A DNA stretch of 64,000 nucleotides from Curvularia clavata (taxonomy: Eukaryota): assembly GCA_023920165.1 (NCBI GenBank), contig CP089277.1:2976001-3040000 (forward strand). The letters run 5' to 3'. Position numbers and translations under genes: made by a program. This document shows, piece by piece, positions 61,952 to 64,000 of this stretch (position 1 is its first letter; each line of letters begins with the position of its first letter). Under the pieces are notes generated by a model, which was not told the origin of the DNA, ran no database searches, and saw nothing but the letters and a program-made list of their open reading frames with translations.

Positions 61952-62577
61952 GACGACGGACGCTTGCTGATGAATCTAAGTGGACGACGTACGTATCAGC
62001 GTTGAGTTCGGCGTAAGATTGTAAAGTGGAAGAAAGAGAGGTTGGCAGTGACAGAGCTTGAGCAGGTGAGGAGTTTGTTTGTGTAAGTGAGGCAAGCCAG
62101 ACTAAGTAGGGGACCGGGCATGCCAAGACCTCAGGCTCCACTTTGCGCGTGAGGCCGGTGAAGGTGAGGAAGGAGCTAGAAAGTCTAGAAGCAACATTGC
62201 GGTAGATCAGAGGTAGGTGAGAGATATGTGAGAGATGGTAGGAAGGCAAGCAGGCAGGCAGAGGACATCACTTGTGCAAAGAGACAGCAAAGAGATCATT
62301 GGATATCTAGTACATTCGTTAGAGCAAGTGTGTATCAAAAATTGGCTCATCCTCCCATGCCATCATGAAAGGAAGCGTGCCGGACCGCTTTGTCATAAAA
62401 TAGAAATAAGCTGGTATCATGTCATGAAAATCGCATATAAAATAGCCATGCTTACGTGTGCTGCCACGGTTCGTTAGTGAGACCTAAAGCCACAGAAACC
62501 TAAACACCCCAAAAGTCAAGCAAATGGATATGCCTCTGTGTTCCTTCACATCCGAACAGCGACAAACATGACGGAAA

Positions 62578-64000
62578 CTATACGCCACGGAACTAAACAT
62601 AGAGTCAGCAAACACGCTCTTACTCCGACCAGTATGGGTTTCACTTACCATTCGGACAACCAAAAACCACATTGCACCAATAAACCTAAATGCCGACAAG
62701 CCCGCAACACTATACAGGACAACGGCAAGGTAGATGGTAGCAGCCTCATTTCGCTTCTTTTGCGCCTCGTCGGGCGTGCTGACGGTGATCTCCAGCCCAC
62801 CTGACTGCAGCACCAATGCCGTGAGGCCCAGGTTGCAAAACATCCAGAACAACACGACACCAGATCGGAAACCCTTGTAGTAGTCTTCCTGCTTCTCAGA
62901 CGGAGATGGGACCTTCTTTTCCTCGACCCACTTCTTGCTAAACGTCCTCAGCTCTTCCTCATATTGGGTATTGAGATCGGCATCATCAGTGGGTGCTTGA
63001 ATGTCAGCTTTACCGTCGGCTTTGGTCGTGACCGAGGGCAGCTTCTCTGGCTTGTCGTCTCCCTTTGTACCCCAGGTAATGTCGTGGGTGTTGCAGAAGG
63101 CGTAGACGTTGAGAATGTTGATGTATGTCGGAGTCATGAGAAGATATTGGAAAAAGGATGTGAACATGTGCCATGGATCCAAGAAGATGATGGAGACGAG
63201 GAACCACATGACGTATGTTGACAGCAGCGAGATGATGAGCGTTGCAAAAATCCTGTCCCTGAAGAGATCCGCCACGTTGAAGCCACCGTTGGCAGCAATC
63301 TGTCCTTGGACGGAACGAACGCTGATGAAGATGGATGCAAACATGAGGTAGGCCATGATGATACACCAAAAGTAGACCATGGACATGTACCACTTGTTGG
63401 AACCCTGAGGCCGATTACCCAATGACAAGATGAAACAGGTAATCAAAACAGCAATGTAGAGCCACTCGAAGATGATGAAGAGAACTTTGCCGGCTGTACC
63501 AAGCTCGTTCTGCAGCGAAGCTGTGAGGATGCGGAAGACCAAGAAGAAGTTACCAAGCGCGAACCAAGCGAAGATCATGCTGATTGTCTGGTAGACAAAC
63601 TCGACGAGGAACATCATTTTACGTAGGAAAGAGTGATCGCTGCGGAATATGTCAAAGGAGTGAGCCAAGGCATAGACGGCAGCAAAGAAGGATCCGTTCA
63701 GCCAACGACGACGTTGACTGATGAACTCGGCCATGGTGGTGGGAACATCAGTTTCTCCGTTGGCAGACTTGACGTATTGCAAGATCCAGTGGCAATTCCG
63801 CTTAGACACGAGCTCGAAGCAGAGAATACGATCTTCAGCCAAGTACATGTTGGCGGTGAAGATACCGGCATTGGCGCCGTGCATCTTCTCACCAGCAAAG
63901 TACTTCTCCAAAGGTCCCTGTCCAGTCTTGTCGTTTTGCAGGGCCACATATCGGTAGGCTGAGAAAGCACCAGGAAGCACACTAATGAAACCAAAGGCTG
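62578..64000 (-). CDS. Chitin synthase (class I-like), C-terminal part; N-terminus lies beyond the right edge
   Basis: [26 protein letters not shown] and [10 protein letters not shown] motifs; TM region; last intron gives the ending VRM/FRGV*. Confidence 0.95.

Overview
Intron-containing fungal (filamentous ascomycete, Dothideomycete/Pleosporales-like by gene content; inference) chromosomal segment with about 27 protein-coding genes. From left to right: partial hybrid histidine kinase, secreted heme-thiolate peroxygenase, a ~7.7 kb ORF-poor gap, C2H2 transcription factor, ALDH3-type aldehyde dehydrogenase, Gal80-like oxidoreductase, tandem zf-PARP protein, thioredoxin with a hydrophobic tail, a small secreted Cys-rich protein, F-box-like protein, amidohydrolase, SRR1-domain protein, DUF7053-like protein, MFS/ACS transporter, DUF6594-like protein, small zinc-ribbon protein, 2OG-Fe(II) oxygenase, Fhl1-like forkhead factor, Snf7, Ten1, P450, DUF3455-like protein, FAD monooxygenase, tyrosinase, PTH11-like membrane protein, CCHC zinc-knuckle protein and a partial class I chitin synthase. 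Most interesting items, mostly invisible in the ORF track: a 3-exon 96-aa secreted Cys-rich gene (24989-25404); two diverged copies of a TIR-bounded MITE; a candidate structured RNA of two hairpins each carrying CCAUGUAGG around a 5' splice-site motif (53684-53805); WG/GW tails on the zinc-knuckle protein; an SKL signal carried on the ALDH's 47-nt last exon; and an oxidative-enzyme gene group with no backbone enzyme. All family calls come from motif recognition by eye, not database searches.
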